Shown here: in pieces, positions 11,011 to 23,303 of the stretch
Layout: each line of letters begins with the position of its first letter
Position numbering within the stretch: position 1 is the first letter of the stretch
Assembly (NCBI GenBank): GCA_963748015.1
Contig: CAVVHE010000004.1
Span: 1,952,001 to 2,016,000, forward strand
Direction: 5' to 3'
DNA from: Terriglobia bacterium
GTDB lineage: Bacteria; Acidobacteriota; Polarisedimenticolia; Polarisedimenticolales; JAIQFR01
DNA length: 64,000 nt
The notes under the pieces: model-generated
Database searches by the model: none
What the model saw: only the letters and a program-made list of their open reading frames with translations
What the model was told of the DNA's origin: nothing
Translations under genes and position numbers: made by a program

Positions 11011-12321
11011 ATGATCGGAATCCGCCGCGAGACGAAGAATCGCTGGGAGCGCCGGGTCCCCTTGACACCCGGGCACGTCGCCGTGCTCGCCCAGGGCCAG
11101 CACTTGCGCGTCGTGGTCGAGCCGTCGGAGATTCGCGCCTTTCCGGAGAGCGCCTACCGGGAAGCCGGCGCCGCCATCAGCCCGGACCTCTCCCCCTGCC
11201 GCCTGATCCTCGGCGTCAAGGAGGTGCCGATCGAGCTCCTCTCGCCCGGCAAGGTGTACGTGTTCTTCGCGCACGTCGCGAAGGGGCAAAAGCACAACAT
11301 GCCGATGCTGCGGCGCCTGATGGAGCTCGGCTGCACCCTGCTGGACTACGAGAAGATCGCGGACGACCGCGGGCGGCGGCTGATCTTCTTCGGCCTCCAG
11401 GCCGGACACTCCGGGATGATCGACACCCTCTGGGCCCTCGGCCGCAGGCTGCGCCACGAGGGAATCCGGCCGAACCCCTTCGAGAACGTCCGCCAGGCGC
11501 TCGCCTACGCGACGCTGGCCGAGGCGCAGACCGCGGTCTCGGCCGCCGGCGAGCGTATTCTCGCCGAGGGTCTTCCCGACGTCCTCAATCCGTTCGTCTG
11601 CGCGTTCACCGGCTACGGGAACACCTATCGCGGCGCCGCGGAGGTCTTCGACCTCCTCCCGTTCCGCGAGATCGCGCCGAGGGACCTTCCGGAGCTCGCG
11701 GCGTCGGGACCGCCCGACCGGCACGCGGTCTACAAGACGGTCTTCCACGAGGAGCACACCGTGGAGCCGGTCGCGTCGTGGGACAAGTTCGAGCTTCAGG
11801 ACTATTACGCGCACCCCGAGAAGTACCGGGGGACCTTCGAGACCTATCTCCCGCACATCTCGGTGCTGGTGAACTGCATCTACTGGGAGCCGAAGTACCC
11901 CCGGCTGGTGACGCTCGAATCGCTCCGGAAGCTCTACGGGGGCCATGCGCCACCGCGCCTCAGGGTGATCGGCGACATCAGCTGCGACGTCGGCGGCGCC
12001 GTCGAGTGCACCGTGCGCTGCACCGACCCCGGCGATCCCCTGTTCGTTTACGACCCCCTGACGGGACGGGACGTCCTCGGGATCGAGGGCCGCGGCCCCG
12101 TCGTGCTCGCGGTGGACAATCTCCCTTGCGAGCTCCCCGTGGACGCCTCGCAGCATTTCGGGGACATGCTCCTCCCGTTCGTTCCGGCGCTGGCGCGCTG
12201 CCCGTGGGACGAGCCGCTCGAGGATCTCCCGCTCCCGCCGGAAATCCTCCGGGCCATCATCCTCCACCGGGGCAAGCTGGCCCCCTCTTACGCCTATCTC
12301 GAGCGACACTTGGCCGACTGA
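11011..12321 (+). CDS. Lysine-ketoglutarate reductase / saccharopine dehydrogenase (lysine-forming type; AlaDh/PNT fold)
   Basis: IGIRRETKNRWERRVPLTP, ILGVKEVP, LLDYEKI, NCIYWEPKYPRLVT, DISCDVGG and VDNLPCELP resemble the LKR domain of AASS. Confidence 0.88.
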   Translation: MIGIRRETKNRWERRVPLTPGHVAVLAQGQHLRVVVEPSEIRAFPESAYREAGAAISPDLSPCRLILGVKEVPIELLSPGKVYVFFAHVAKGQKHNMPMLRRLMELGCTLLDYEKIADDRGRRLIFFGLQAGHSGMIDTLWALGRRLRHEGIRPNPFENVRQALAYATLAEAQTAVSAAGERILAEGLPDVLNPFVCAFTGYGNTYRGAAEVFDLLPFREIAPRDLPELAASGPPDRHAVYKTVFHEEHTVEPVASWDKFELQDYYAHPEKYRGTFETYLPHISVLVNCIYWEPKYPRLVTLESLRKLYGGHAPPRLRVIGDISCDVGGAVECTVRCTDPGDPLFVYDPLTGRDVLGIEGRGPVVLAVDNLPCELPVDASQHFGDMLLPFVPALARCPWDEPLEDLPLPPEILRAIILHRGKLAPSYAYLERHLAD

Positions 12322-12355
12322 CGTACGACGGCCTCATCCCGTGAGGAGGTTTGCG

Positions 12356-13711
12356 ATGAAGAACGTGCTGATCCTGGGTGCGGGGCTCGTGAGCCGGCCC
12401 ATCGTGCGGTATCTGCTGGAGCGCACCGACCGGACCATCGTCGTGGCGAGCCGGACCGTGAGCAAGGCCCAGGCGCTCATCGGCGGCCACCCTCGCGGGA
12501 AAGCCGTGGCGGTGAACGTGGACGACGCCGCGCAGGTGGAGAAGCTCGTCGAGGCGGCCGAGGTCGTGGTCAGCCTCGTCCCGTACACCCACCACGTCGC
12601 GGTGGCCAAGCTCGCGATCAAGCACCGTGTCCAGGTCGTCACCACGTCCTACGTGTCGCCGGCGATGCAGGAGCTCGACAAGCCCGCGCGGAAGGCGGGC
12701 GTCGCCCTCGTCAACGAGATCGGGCTCGATCCCGGCATCGACCACATGTCGGCGATGCAGGTGATCCACCAGATCCAGAGCTCGGGCGGCACCGTGACCC
12801 ACTTCTCGAGCTGCTGCGGCGGTTTTCCGGCCCCCGACGCGAACAACAATCCCTGGGGCTACAAGTTCTCCTGGAGCCCCCGGGGCGTGATCCTTGCGGG
12901 ACGGAACAACGCGAAGTTCCTGCGGAACGGCAAGGTCGTCGAGATCCCGGGACCGAAGCTCTTCGCCAACCGCTGGCCGTACGGCGTCGAAGGAGTCGGG
13001 CTGTTCGTGACCTACCCGAACCGGGATTCACTCCCATACATCGACACCTACGGGCTCAAAGGGGTCCAGAACATGTTCCGCGGGACCATCCGGTACCCGG
13101 GTTGGTGCGAGACCCTGAAAGCGATCGCCGACCTCGGACTGCTCGATCTCGAGGAGCGCGAGTGGGCCCCCGGCACGACCTACGCGTCGTTCATGGCGGG
13201 GTTCCTCCCCAAGGGGAAGGCCGGCTCGCTCGCCGAGCGGATCGCCGGGAAGCTCGGCATCGCGGCCGACGACCCGATCCTCTCCCGCCTGGAGTGGGCG
13301 GGTCTCCTCTCGGATCGCCCGGTGCCGGAGAAGAAGGCGTCGCCCCTCGACGTCCTCGCCAACCGCCTGCAGAAGATGATGCCGTACGCCCCCGGCGAGC
13401 GGGACATGATCATCCTGCGCCACGAGTTCGTGGCTTCCTGGCCCAACCGCCCGTCCGCGCGAACCGTGTGCGTCCTCGTGGATTACGGCCAGCCGTTCGC
13501 CGACTCGTCCATGGCCCGGACCGTCTCGCTCCCCGCCGCGATCGCCGTGAGGCTCCTGCTCCACAAGAAGCTCGAGCTCACCGGCGTGCACGTCCCGGTG
13601 ACCCCGGAGATCTACGAGCCGGTCATGGCAGAGCTCGGCATGCTCGGCATCCAGTTCAAGGAGACGAGCCACCTGCTGCTGCCCGGCCCGTTCGACGCCC
13701 CGAAGAAGTAG
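12356..13711 (+). CDS. Saccharopine dehydrogenase (glutamate-forming; Lys9/SDH type)
   Basis: GAGLVS Rossmann motif, TTSYVSP, NEIGLDPGIDH, YKFSWSPRGV, YPNRDS, RGTIRYPG, SSMARTV; AGGAGG SD. Confidence 0.92.
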   Translation: MKNVLILGAGLVSRPIVRYLLERTDRTIVVASRTVSKAQALIGGHPRGKAVAVNVDDAAQVEKLVEAAEVVVSLVPYTHHVAVAKLAIKHRVQVVTTSYVSPAMQELDKPARKAGVALVNEIGLDPGIDHMSAMQVIHQIQSSGGTVTHFSSCCGGFPAPDANNNPWGYKFSWSPRGVILAGRNNAKFLRNGKVVEIPGPKLFANRWPYGVEGVGLFVTYPNRDSLPYIDTYGLKGVQNMFRGTIRYPGWCETLKAIADLGLLDLEEREWAPGTTYASFMAGFLPKGKAGSLAERIAGKLGIAADDPILSRLEWAGLLSDRPVPEKKASPLDVLANRLQKMMPYAPGERDMIILRHEFVASWPNRPSARTVCVLVDYGQPFADSSMARTVSLPAAIAVRLLLHKKLELTGVHVPVTPEIYEPVMAELGMLGIQFKETSHLLLPGPFDAPKK

Positions 13712-13735
13712 CGCGCGCCCCGCGCGGGAGTGGAC

Positions 13736-16009
13736 ATGACGCCCGACGCCGCCGCCACGACGACCGCCCCGCACGCGACCCTGTCCGGCGCGGAGAGTGA
13801 GGCTCGGACGATCCTCCTCGAGCACGAGGTCTACGCCCTCATGCTCGCCGCCGGCATCTCGGTGCCGGCGCACCGTTTCGTCGCTCGCCCCGACGAGGTG
13901 GACGGCGGCCTCGTCTCCGCAATCGGCTCCGCGGAGGTGGTGGTCAAGGTCGTCTCGCCGCAGATCCTCCACAAGAGCGACGTGGGCGGCCTCGCGGTCG
14001 TGAGGAACGAGGCCGGCTCGGTCCGGGACGCGGTGGCGGCGGTCCTCGCCGCCTCGCGGAAGGCCATGCCGGAAGCCGACCTGCGAGGCGCCCTCGTCGT
14101 CCGGAAGATCCCCTTTCGCCCGGGGCTCGGCCGCGAGATCCTCGCGGGCTTCCGTCACGACCGGGCGTTCGGCCCCGTCGTGTTCCTGGGGGCCGGCGGG
14201 TTGGACACCGAGTATCTCCTCCGCGCGCTCGGTCCCGGCAAGGCCAGCGGGATGCGGTCGGCCCGCGAGCTCGACCTCGATCGCGCGCTCGCCATGGTCC
14301 GCGGCACCGTCGTCCACGCCGCGCTGTGCGGAGGGCTGAGGAGCGCTTCGCGCGCCGCGATCGGCGAGGAGGCGCTCGCGCGGCTCGTGCTGTCGCTCGG
14401 CGCGCTCGCCGACCTCTTCGCGGGGTTCGAGCCCCCCGGCGGCCTAGGACTCGCGGAGCTCGAGGTGAACCCGTTCGTCGTCTCGGACGACGATGGGCGG
14501 ATCACCGCCCTCGACGGGCTCGCGCGCGTGCACCGGCCCGCCCCGCTTCCGCCGGCGCGCCCCGTGGTCAACCTGAGAAGGCTCCTGACGCCGGGAAGCG
14601 CGGTGGTCATCGGAGCCTCGGCCGAGGGCATGAACCCGGGCCGGGTCATTCTCCGCAACCTGGTCGAAGGCGGAGGCGTTCCCCAGGACCGGATCTGGGC
14701 GATCCACCCTCGCGCCGAGACGATCGACGGCTGCCGCGCCTACGCCTCTCCGGCCTCGCTCCCCGCGATTCCAGACATGGCGGTGGTTTCGGTTCCCGCC
14801 GACAAGGGGGCCGACCGGGTCGTCGTGGACCTGGTGGACAACCATCTCGCGCACACGATCACGCTGATCTCGGGGGGGTTCGGCGAGACCGAGGCCGGCA
14901 AGGAAGCCGAGACGAGGATGCGCGAGGCGGTCGAGCGGTCGCATCGGCGGCCCGACGGCGGCGTCCTCGTGAACGGAGGGAACTGCCTCGGCATCATCTC
15001 CGTGCCGGGCGGGTACAACACGTTCTTCATCCCACCCTACAAGCTCCCGATCCACGATGCCCCCGGGACCAACGTCGCGTGCATCAGCCAGTCGGGGGCG
15101 CACCTCGTGACCCAGATGTCGAATCTCGACAGGGTGATCCGCCCGCGCTACCTGATCTCCTTCGGCAACCAGATCGACGTGACGGTATCCGACTACCTCG
15201 AGTACCTCCGGGGGGATCCTGCGATCGAGGTGTTCGCGGTCTACCTCGAGGGGTTCCGGCGCGGGGACGGGCGGCGGTTCCTCGAGATCGCGAGGGGGAT
15301 CGTCGCGGAAGGACGCAAGGTCCTGCTCTACAAGGGAGGACGCACCCTCGAGGGCCAGGCGGCCGCCGCCTCGCACACCGCGTCGGTGGTGGGCGACTAC
15401 GACGTGTGCCGCGAGCTGGTCCGGTCGGCGGGAGTCGTCGAGTGCACGACGCTCGACTCGTTCGACGACTACGCGATGACGTTCTCGTTCCTGGCGGGGC
15501 GGAAGCCGCTCGGGCCGCGCGTCGCGGTGATGTCGAACGCCGGATTCGAGTGCACTTCCTCGGCGGACAGGCTCTACGGCCTGACGCTCGCGCGGTTCGC
15601 GCCGGAGACGGAGCGGCGTCTGCGCGAGCTGCTTCCGGGCATCGTGGACGTGCACAACCCGATCGACGCGACGCCGGTCTGCACCACCGAGCGGTACGTC
15701 GGCTGCGTGGAGGCGATCGCCGGGGATGACGGCGTGGACGCGGTCGTGGTCGCCGGGGTCCCGAACACGCCCGCGCTGGACGACCTCCCGAAGGGAGACG
15801 GGCACGCGGAGGACATCTCGGGGCCGGCGAGCCTGCCCTCGCGCCTCATCGAGGTGTTCCGGAAATCGCAGAAGCCGATGATCTTCTCGGTGGACGCGGG
15901 CGCGCTGTACGAGCCCTGCGTGCGAATGATGAAAGCGGCGGGCCTCCCTTGCTTCCGCAAGGTCGACCGCGCGACGCGCGCGCTCGCGGCTTTCCTCGGA
16001 GTCCGGTAG
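13736..16009 (+). CDS. ADP-forming acyl-CoA synthetase (acetate--CoA ligase family), ATP-grasp domain N-terminal
   Basis: KVVSPQILHKSDVGG, FGPVV, ELEVNP in the ATP-grasp part; VIGAS, GGFGE, GGNCLG, ISQSG, phospho-His SHTA and HNPID. Confidence 0.88.
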   Translation: MTPDAAATTTAPHATLSGAESEARTILLEHEVYALMLAAGISVPAHRFVARPDEVDGGLVSAIGSAEVVVKVVSPQILHKSDVGGLAVVRNEAGSVRDAVAAVLAASRKAMPEADLRGALVVRKIPFRPGLGREILAGFRHDRAFGPVVFLGAGGLDTEYLLRALGPGKASGMRSARELDLDRALAMVRGTVVHAALCGGLRSASRAAIGEEALARLVLSLGALADLFAGFEPPGGLGLAELEVNPFVVSDDDGRITALDGLARVHRPAPLPPARPVVNLRRLLTPGSAVVIGASAEGMNPGRVILRNLVEGGGVPQDRIWAIHPRAETIDGCRAYASPASLPAIPDMAVVSVPADKGADRVVVDLVDNHLAHTITLISGGFGETEAGKEAETRMREAVERSHRRPDGGVLVNGGNCLGIISVPGGYNTFFIPPYKLPIHDAPGTNVACISQSGAHLVTQMSNLDRVIRPRYLISFGNQIDVTVSDYLEYLRGDPAIEVFAVYLEGFRRGDGRRFLEIARGIVAEGRKVLLYKGGRTLEGQAAAASHTASVVGDYDVCRELVRSAGVVECTTLDSFDDYAMTFSFLAGRKPLGPRVAVMSNAGFECTSSADRLYGLTLARFAPETERRLRELLPGIVDVHNPIDATPVCTTERYVGCVEAIAGDDGVDAVVVAGVPNTPALDDLPKGDGHAEDISGPASLPSRLIEVFRKSQKPMIFSVDAGALYEPCVRMMKAAGLPCFRKVDRATRALAAFLGVR

Positions 16010-16051
16010 CCGGGTTACCCGCGCCCCCGGCGCCCCTTCTCCCCGACACCA

Positions 16052-16083
16052 AACGGGGCGCCCTCCGTGGATGGCGCCCCGTT
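16052..16083. terminator. Hairpin between convergent genes (intrinsic terminator-like)
   Basis: 11-bp inverted repeat aacggggcgcc / ggcgccccgtt. Confidence 0.6.
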
Positions 16084-16112
16084 CGAGATCTTGTTCGAGA
16101 AGGCGAAGCGGC

Positions 16113-16436
16113 CTAGAACCCGCCGCCGCGGTACCCGCCGCCGCCCCCCCTGCCGCCGCCTCCCCTGCCACCGCCGCCGCCGCCCTCGCGCTCACGGGCC
16201 TCGTTCACCGTCAGCGGGCGCCCGCCGAACTGGAAACCGTTCAGGTCGCGGATGGCGCCGTCGGCGTCCGCCTGGCTGGCCATCTCGACGAAGCCGAAGC
16301 CGCGCGGGCGCCCGGTTTCCCGGTCCGTGACCAGCCGGACCTCGGTCACCGACCGGCCGTTTTGCGCGAACAGCTCGCGGATCTGGTTCTCGTCCGCACT
16401 GAAGGGGAGGTTGCCGACGTAGAGTCTGGTACCCAT
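16113..16436 (-). CDS. RRM (RNP-1) RNA-binding protein with Gly-rich tail
   Basis: RNP2 LYVGNL, RNP1 RGFGFVEM, VNEARER followed by a GGRGGG tail. Confidence 0.95.
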   Translation of the reverse strand: MGTRLYVGNLPFSADENQIRELFAQNGRSVTEVRLVTDRETGRPRGFGFVEMASQADADGAIRDLNGFQFGGRPLTVNEAREREGGGGGGRGGGGRGGGGGYRGGGF

Positions 16437-16589
16437 GTCTCGAACTCCTGGCGTTCCTGATGACGCCGTTCTCGGGTCCTGACCCCCGCCCCGATCCGAC
16501 GGGTCCGGGTACCGTGCCGTCGCACGTTCCAGGCTGCGGCACGCCAAACTTCGTTTCTGCACGAGAGATTGCGGCCAGAACCTGGCGCA

Positions 16590-16618
16590 AACCTACCCGG
16601 GGTCCGTGACCATGTCAA
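16590..16618 (-). promoter_or_regulatory. Sigma-70-type promoter of the RRM gene
   Basis: Minus strand TTGACA-17 bp-TAGGTT, about 150 bp upstream of the ATG. Confidence 0.65.
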
Positions 16619-16711
16619 GCGTTCCTCCGCGGTCGGTTTCCGCGCGGAAACCTCCCCGCCGGCCGCGGCAGCCGCTTCACCGTGGGCGCTCGCGAGGTAT
16701 GATGCGTCGCC

Positions 16712-16987
16712 ATGGCAGGCTTTCTCGGCGGAAGCGCGTTCGGGATGGCGAGGGACATCGCCGAGGGGTACCACCTCGTCACCGAGCGTACGTTCAAGGC
16801 GATGGCGCACGGGGAGGTGGACCAGCTCGCTTTCGAGCTCGACCGCTGCCTGCGCGACGCGCGCGGAGAGCAGGCCCCTCTGAACGACCTCGTGCTGGTC
16901 AAGGCGCGCAACCGGAAGATCCAGCGCCTCAACCAGGCCCTCATGATCCTCAGGAACTACCAGCAGAAGGCGCGTCGGGGTTCGTGA
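16712..16987 (+). CDS. Small helical hypothetical protein (91 aa)
   Basis: Protein-like composition and GC3-biased codons; fills the gap between the RRM and TonB_C genes. Confidence 0.7.
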   Translation: MAGFLGGSAFGMARDIAEGYHLVTERTFKAMAHGEVDQLAFELDRCLRDARGEQAPLNDLVLVKARNRKIQRLNQALMILRNYQQKARRGS

Positions 16988-17007
16988 GGCGCGGGCGGCC
17001 GGTGGCG

Positions 17008-17442
17008 TCAGCCGCCGACCTCGAAGTGCCAGTGGACCTCGAGCGAGGACTGCGGGTATCCCTTGGGGAACGGCTTGAACGGCGCCGCCTTCTTCACCGC
17101 GTCGAGCGCCGCGCCGTCGAACGCCTCGCTTCCGGTCTTGAGGTTGAATTCGAGGCCGACGAGCTTCCCGTCCTTCCCGATCGTGGCGACCACGACGGCC
17201 TTCTTCTTCGCCGCGGGCGGCGGCCCCTGGGGCTTCCACGACGCGAGGACCTTCTCGAACGCGGCCTTCTGGTAGGCCGCATCGGTGAAGTCGGCGGGAA
17301 AGTACACGTTGAGACGGAGCGCGGGCGCCTTCGACGCCGGCGGAGCGGCCTGCTTGCCCTGTTCCGCCGCATCCGCGAACGGGGTGGCGGCTAACAGCGC
17401 GATCGCCGCGAGGACCGCGTACGCTCTCGGAAGACGCGTCAT
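17008..17442 (-). CDS. Secreted TonB/TolA C-terminal domain protein
   Basis: GGAGG SD; signal peptide; TIGKDGKL...SEAFDGAALDAVKKAAPFKPFP motif. Confidence 0.8.
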   Translation of the reverse strand: MTRLPRAYAVLAAIALLAATPFADAAEQGKQAAPPASKAPALRLNVYFPADFTDAAYQKAAFEKVLASWKPQGPPPAAKKKAVVVATIGKDGKLVGLEFNLKTGSEAFDGAALDAVKKAAPFKPFPKGYPQSSLEVHWHFEVGG

Positions 17443-17501
17443 GGTAACCTCCTCCGCCGGGCCGACGGCCGGACATGGCATTGTAGCCCGTCGTCCGGGG
17501 A

Positions 17502-17674
17502 GCCGCGCCGGGAGCCCGCGTTCGGATCCGACCCGCGCGGCACGCTGCGGCGTTGCGCGGCGAAAGTCGCCGCGCCGCCTGGCTCCGGTTTTCGCGCGGC
17601 CTTCTATGGAAGAACCGGCCGCGCGAAAACAGGGCCGCTTCGGGTCGGATCCGAACGCGGGCTCCCGGCGCGGC
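17502..17674. repeat. Branched palindromic element: perfect 34-bp terminal inverted repeat enclosing two hairpins
   Basis: 17502-17535 is the exact reverse complement of 17641-17674; inner hairpins at 17555-17575 and 17588-17630. Confidence 0.85.
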
Positions 17675-17702
17675 GGACGTTGTGTACGAAGGGCAGCAAC
17701 CG

Positions 17703-20612
<2,910 letters not shown>

Positions 20613-20645
20613 GCCGAGACGGCCGCCCGCCGGCGGGCCCATGTG

Positions 20646-20695
20646 CGTAAAATCACCGTAAATTCACCTTTTGGAGGCTCGGCTGGTTGTATGAT
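20646..20695 (+). promoter_or_regulatory. PHO-box-like 11-bp direct repeat and -10 element upstream of ppk1
   Basis: CGTAAAATCAC/CGTAAATTCAC at 20646-20667; TATGAT at 20690-20695. Confidence 0.45.
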
Positions 20696-20770
20696 TTTGG
20701 GGAGGTTGCCGCGCGCCCGCCGGACGCGGGGGCCGCGGCGGGATAGCCCCGCGCGGAAAGAGGTCGAATC

Positions 20771-23026
20771 GTGCCCGCCGAAATGCCCCCCGAAGAGTGG
20801 ATCGGCTCCTCCGACGCCTTTTTCAACCGCGAGCTGAGCTGGCTGTCGTTCGCCCGCCGCGTGCTGGCCCTGGTGGAGGACCGGGAGTTGGCGCTCCTCG
20901 AGCGCCTGAAGTTCGCCGGCATCATGGGGATGCTCCACGACGAGTTCTTCATGAAGCGGATGAGCGGGATCAAGCGGCAGATGCAGAAGGGCTCGAAGAA
21001 GGCCTCGCTCGACGGGCGGCTGCCGCAAGAGGAGCACGCCGCGTGCCGAGAGGAGCTGCTGCGGCAGTCCGAGAAGCTCGCCCGCGCGGTGCGCGAGGAG
21101 ATCCTCCCCGCCCTCGCGCAGGAGCGGCTCCCGATCCTCGATCACGACGGGCTCGACGCATCCCAGAAGGAGCACCTTCGGGAGTACTTCCGACTGTCGG
21201 TCCTCCCGATCCTAACCCCGCTCGCGGTGGACGCGGAGCACCCGTTCCCGTTCATCAGCAACGTCGGCCTCAACCTGGCGGTTATCCTCCCCGACGACGG
21301 CGAGCGGGAGCGGTTCGCGCGAATCAAGGTCCCGGGAAACCGCCCGCGATGGGTGGCCCTACCCGGTGGCGCGGGGTTCACCCCGCTCGAGCAGGTGATC
21401 GCGGCGAACCTCGACCTCATGTTCCCGGCCGCGCCGCCCCGGAGGATCCACTTCTTCCGCGTCACCCGCGGCGCCGAGGGCGAGCGCCCTCCCGTCGTGG
21501 ACTTCGACGAGGACGAGGCCCTCCGGGAGCCGGGCAGCATCATCCGCATGGTCTCGGACGAGCTGAAGGCGCGGCGGTTCGCCGGGGTCGTCCGGCTCGA
21601 AGTCGACGACGGGATGCCGCGCAAGCTGGCCGCGTGGCTCTCGACGCAGCTCGAGATCGATCGCGACGACGTCTACCCCGCCGGGGCCTTCCTCGGGATG
21701 AGCGATCTGCTGCGCCTCGACGCGCCTGGGCGGGACGACCTCCGCTTTCCGCGGCACGTTCCGGCGACGCACCCGCGCCTGCGAGGACTGGACGGCGTCT
21801 CGAGCGACGCGATCTTCGAGGAGATCGCCCGCGGCGACATCCTGCTCCATCATCCCTACGACAGCTTCGACACGTCGGTCCTGCGATTCCTCGAGTCCGC
21901 CGCCGCCGATTCCGAGGTCCTCGCGATCAAGCTGACGATCTACCGGACGAGCAACGACTCGCCGATCGTCCGCGCGCTCGTGGAGGCCGCCCGCCGCGGA
22001 AAGCAGGTGGCGGTGCTCGTCGAGATCACGGCCCGGTTCGACGAGGCGCCCAACATCGCCTGGGGCCAGTACCTCGAGAACGAGGGGGTCCACGTCTCCT
22101 ACGGCGTGGAGAGCCTGAAGACCCACGTCAAGCTCGCGCTGGTGATCCGCGAGGAGGCCGGGAAGATCCGCCGCTACGTCCACGTCGGGACGGGGAACTA
22201 CCACACCGGCACCGCGAGGATCTACGAGGACATCGGGCTCTTGACGTGCGACCCCGACATCTGCGAGGACGTCGCCGCGGTCTACAACGAGCTGACCGGC
22301 GCGCTCCCGTCGGCGGAGCATCGCAAGCTCCTCGTCGCTCCGGCGACGATGCGCAAGCGGTTCGTCGAGCTGATCCGGCGCGAGGCGGAGCACGCCCGCG
22401 CCGGGAGGCCGTCGGGGATCCACGCGAAGATGAACCAGCTCCAGGACGCCGAGGTCATCCGCGAGCTCTACCGCGCGGGGCTCGCGGGGGTCCCGATCAA
22501 GCTCAACGTCCGCGGGCTCTGCTGCCTGCGCCCCGGCGTTCCCGGATTCTCGGAGAACATCAAGGTCTTCGGGGTCGTGGGCCGGTTCCTCGAGCACAGC
22601 CGCATCTACCGCTTCGAGAACGCGGGCGCTCCCGAGTTCTTCATCGGGTCCGCGGACTGGATGAAGCGGAACCTCGACAACCGCGTCGAGACCGTGATGC
22701 CCGTCGGGAGCGAGGCCGTACGGCGGGAGCTGGACGCGATCCTCGAGGTCTACGAGCGCGACAACGCGTCGGCGTGGGACTGCTCGAGCAACGGCCTGTA
22801 CGTCCGCCGCGCCCCCGCCGAGGGAGAGGAGCGGCGCGCCGCGCAGGAGGAGTTCATCCGCAGGGCGAGGGAGACGCGCGCCGCGGCGGACGAGCCGCCG
22901 CCGTGGGAGAGCCCCTCCGCCGGCCCGCCCGCCGTGCTCGGCGGCAACATCACCCTCGCAACGCCTCCCGTGGGCCGCCGTGGGCGCAGGGGCCCACGCG
23001 CCTCCGCCTTGAAGAGCGACGCCTGA
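20771..23026 (+). CDS. ppk1: Polyphosphate kinase 1
   Basis: FNRELSWLSF, HPFPFISN, HHPYDSF, ARFDE, GTGNYH, RFLEHSR, GSADWMKRN. Confidence 0.95.
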   Translation: MPAEMPPEEWIGSSDAFFNRELSWLSFARRVLALVEDRELALLERLKFAGIMGMLHDEFFMKRMSGIKRQMQKGSKKASLDGRLPQEEHAACREELLRQSEKLARAVREEILPALAQERLPILDHDGLDASQKEHLREYFRLSVLPILTPLAVDAEHPFPFISNVGLNLAVILPDDGERERFARIKVPGNRPRWVALPGGAGFTPLEQVIAANLDLMFPAAPPRRIHFFRVTRGAEGERPPVVDFDEDEALREPGSIIRMVSDELKARRFAGVVRLEVDDGMPRKLAAWLSTQLEIDRDDVYPAGAFLGMSDLLRLDAPGRDDLRFPRHVPATHPRLRGLDGVSSDAIFEEIARGDILLHHPYDSFDTSVLRFLESAAADSEVLAIKLTIYRTSNDSPIVRALVEAARRGKQVAVLVEITARFDEAPNIAWGQYLENEGVHVSYGVESLKTHVKLALVIREEAGKIRRYVHVGTGNYHTGTARIYEDIGLLTCDPDICEDVAAVYNELTGALPSAEHRKLLVAPATMRKRFVELIRREAEHARAGRPSGIHAKMNQLQDAEVIRELYRAGLAGVPIKLNVRGLCCLRPGVPGFSENIKVFGVVGRFLEHSRIYRFENAGAPEFFIGSADWMKRNLDNRVETVMPVGSEAVRRELDAILEVYERDNASAWDCSSNGLYVRRAPAEGEERRAAQEEFIRRARETRAAADEPPPWESPSAGPPAVLGGNITLATPPVGRRGRRGPRASALKSDA

Positions 23027-23031
23027 TCTAG

Positions 23032-23303
23032 GAGCCTGTCCGAGTAATCCCGTGGGCCGCGCGCATGGGGCTTGCGAGTCGGAGTCGAGGAGCGAGGAGG
23101 AAGACGATGTGCCTCCATCGACGACGACGAGCGACGATGGATCCGACCGCAACCCCCATGCGCCCTTTGGGTTCGGGGCGGCGTGGGGGCGTCTGCGTCG
23201 TCGCCGCTCCTTATCGATGGAGGAACATCGACCGCGTCGCGGCTCCTCGCATCCGCCCCCACGGCGCCCCGAACGCGGCCTACGGGATTACTCGGACAGG
23301 CTC
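23032..23303. mobile_element. MITE-like element (about 272 bp) with 30-bp TIRs
   Basis: TIRs GAGCCTGTCCGAGTAATCCCGT(G/A)GGCCGCG match at 29 of 30; flanked by CTAG and CTGG; two internal hairpins; no transposase. Confidence 0.7.

Noticed and set aside
10999..11013. In-frame ATG GAG AGA TAG before the LKR start (amber readthrough or uORF)
   Set aside because: Simply explained as the GGAG SD for ATG 11011; no pyl genes or other amber evidence in the window.
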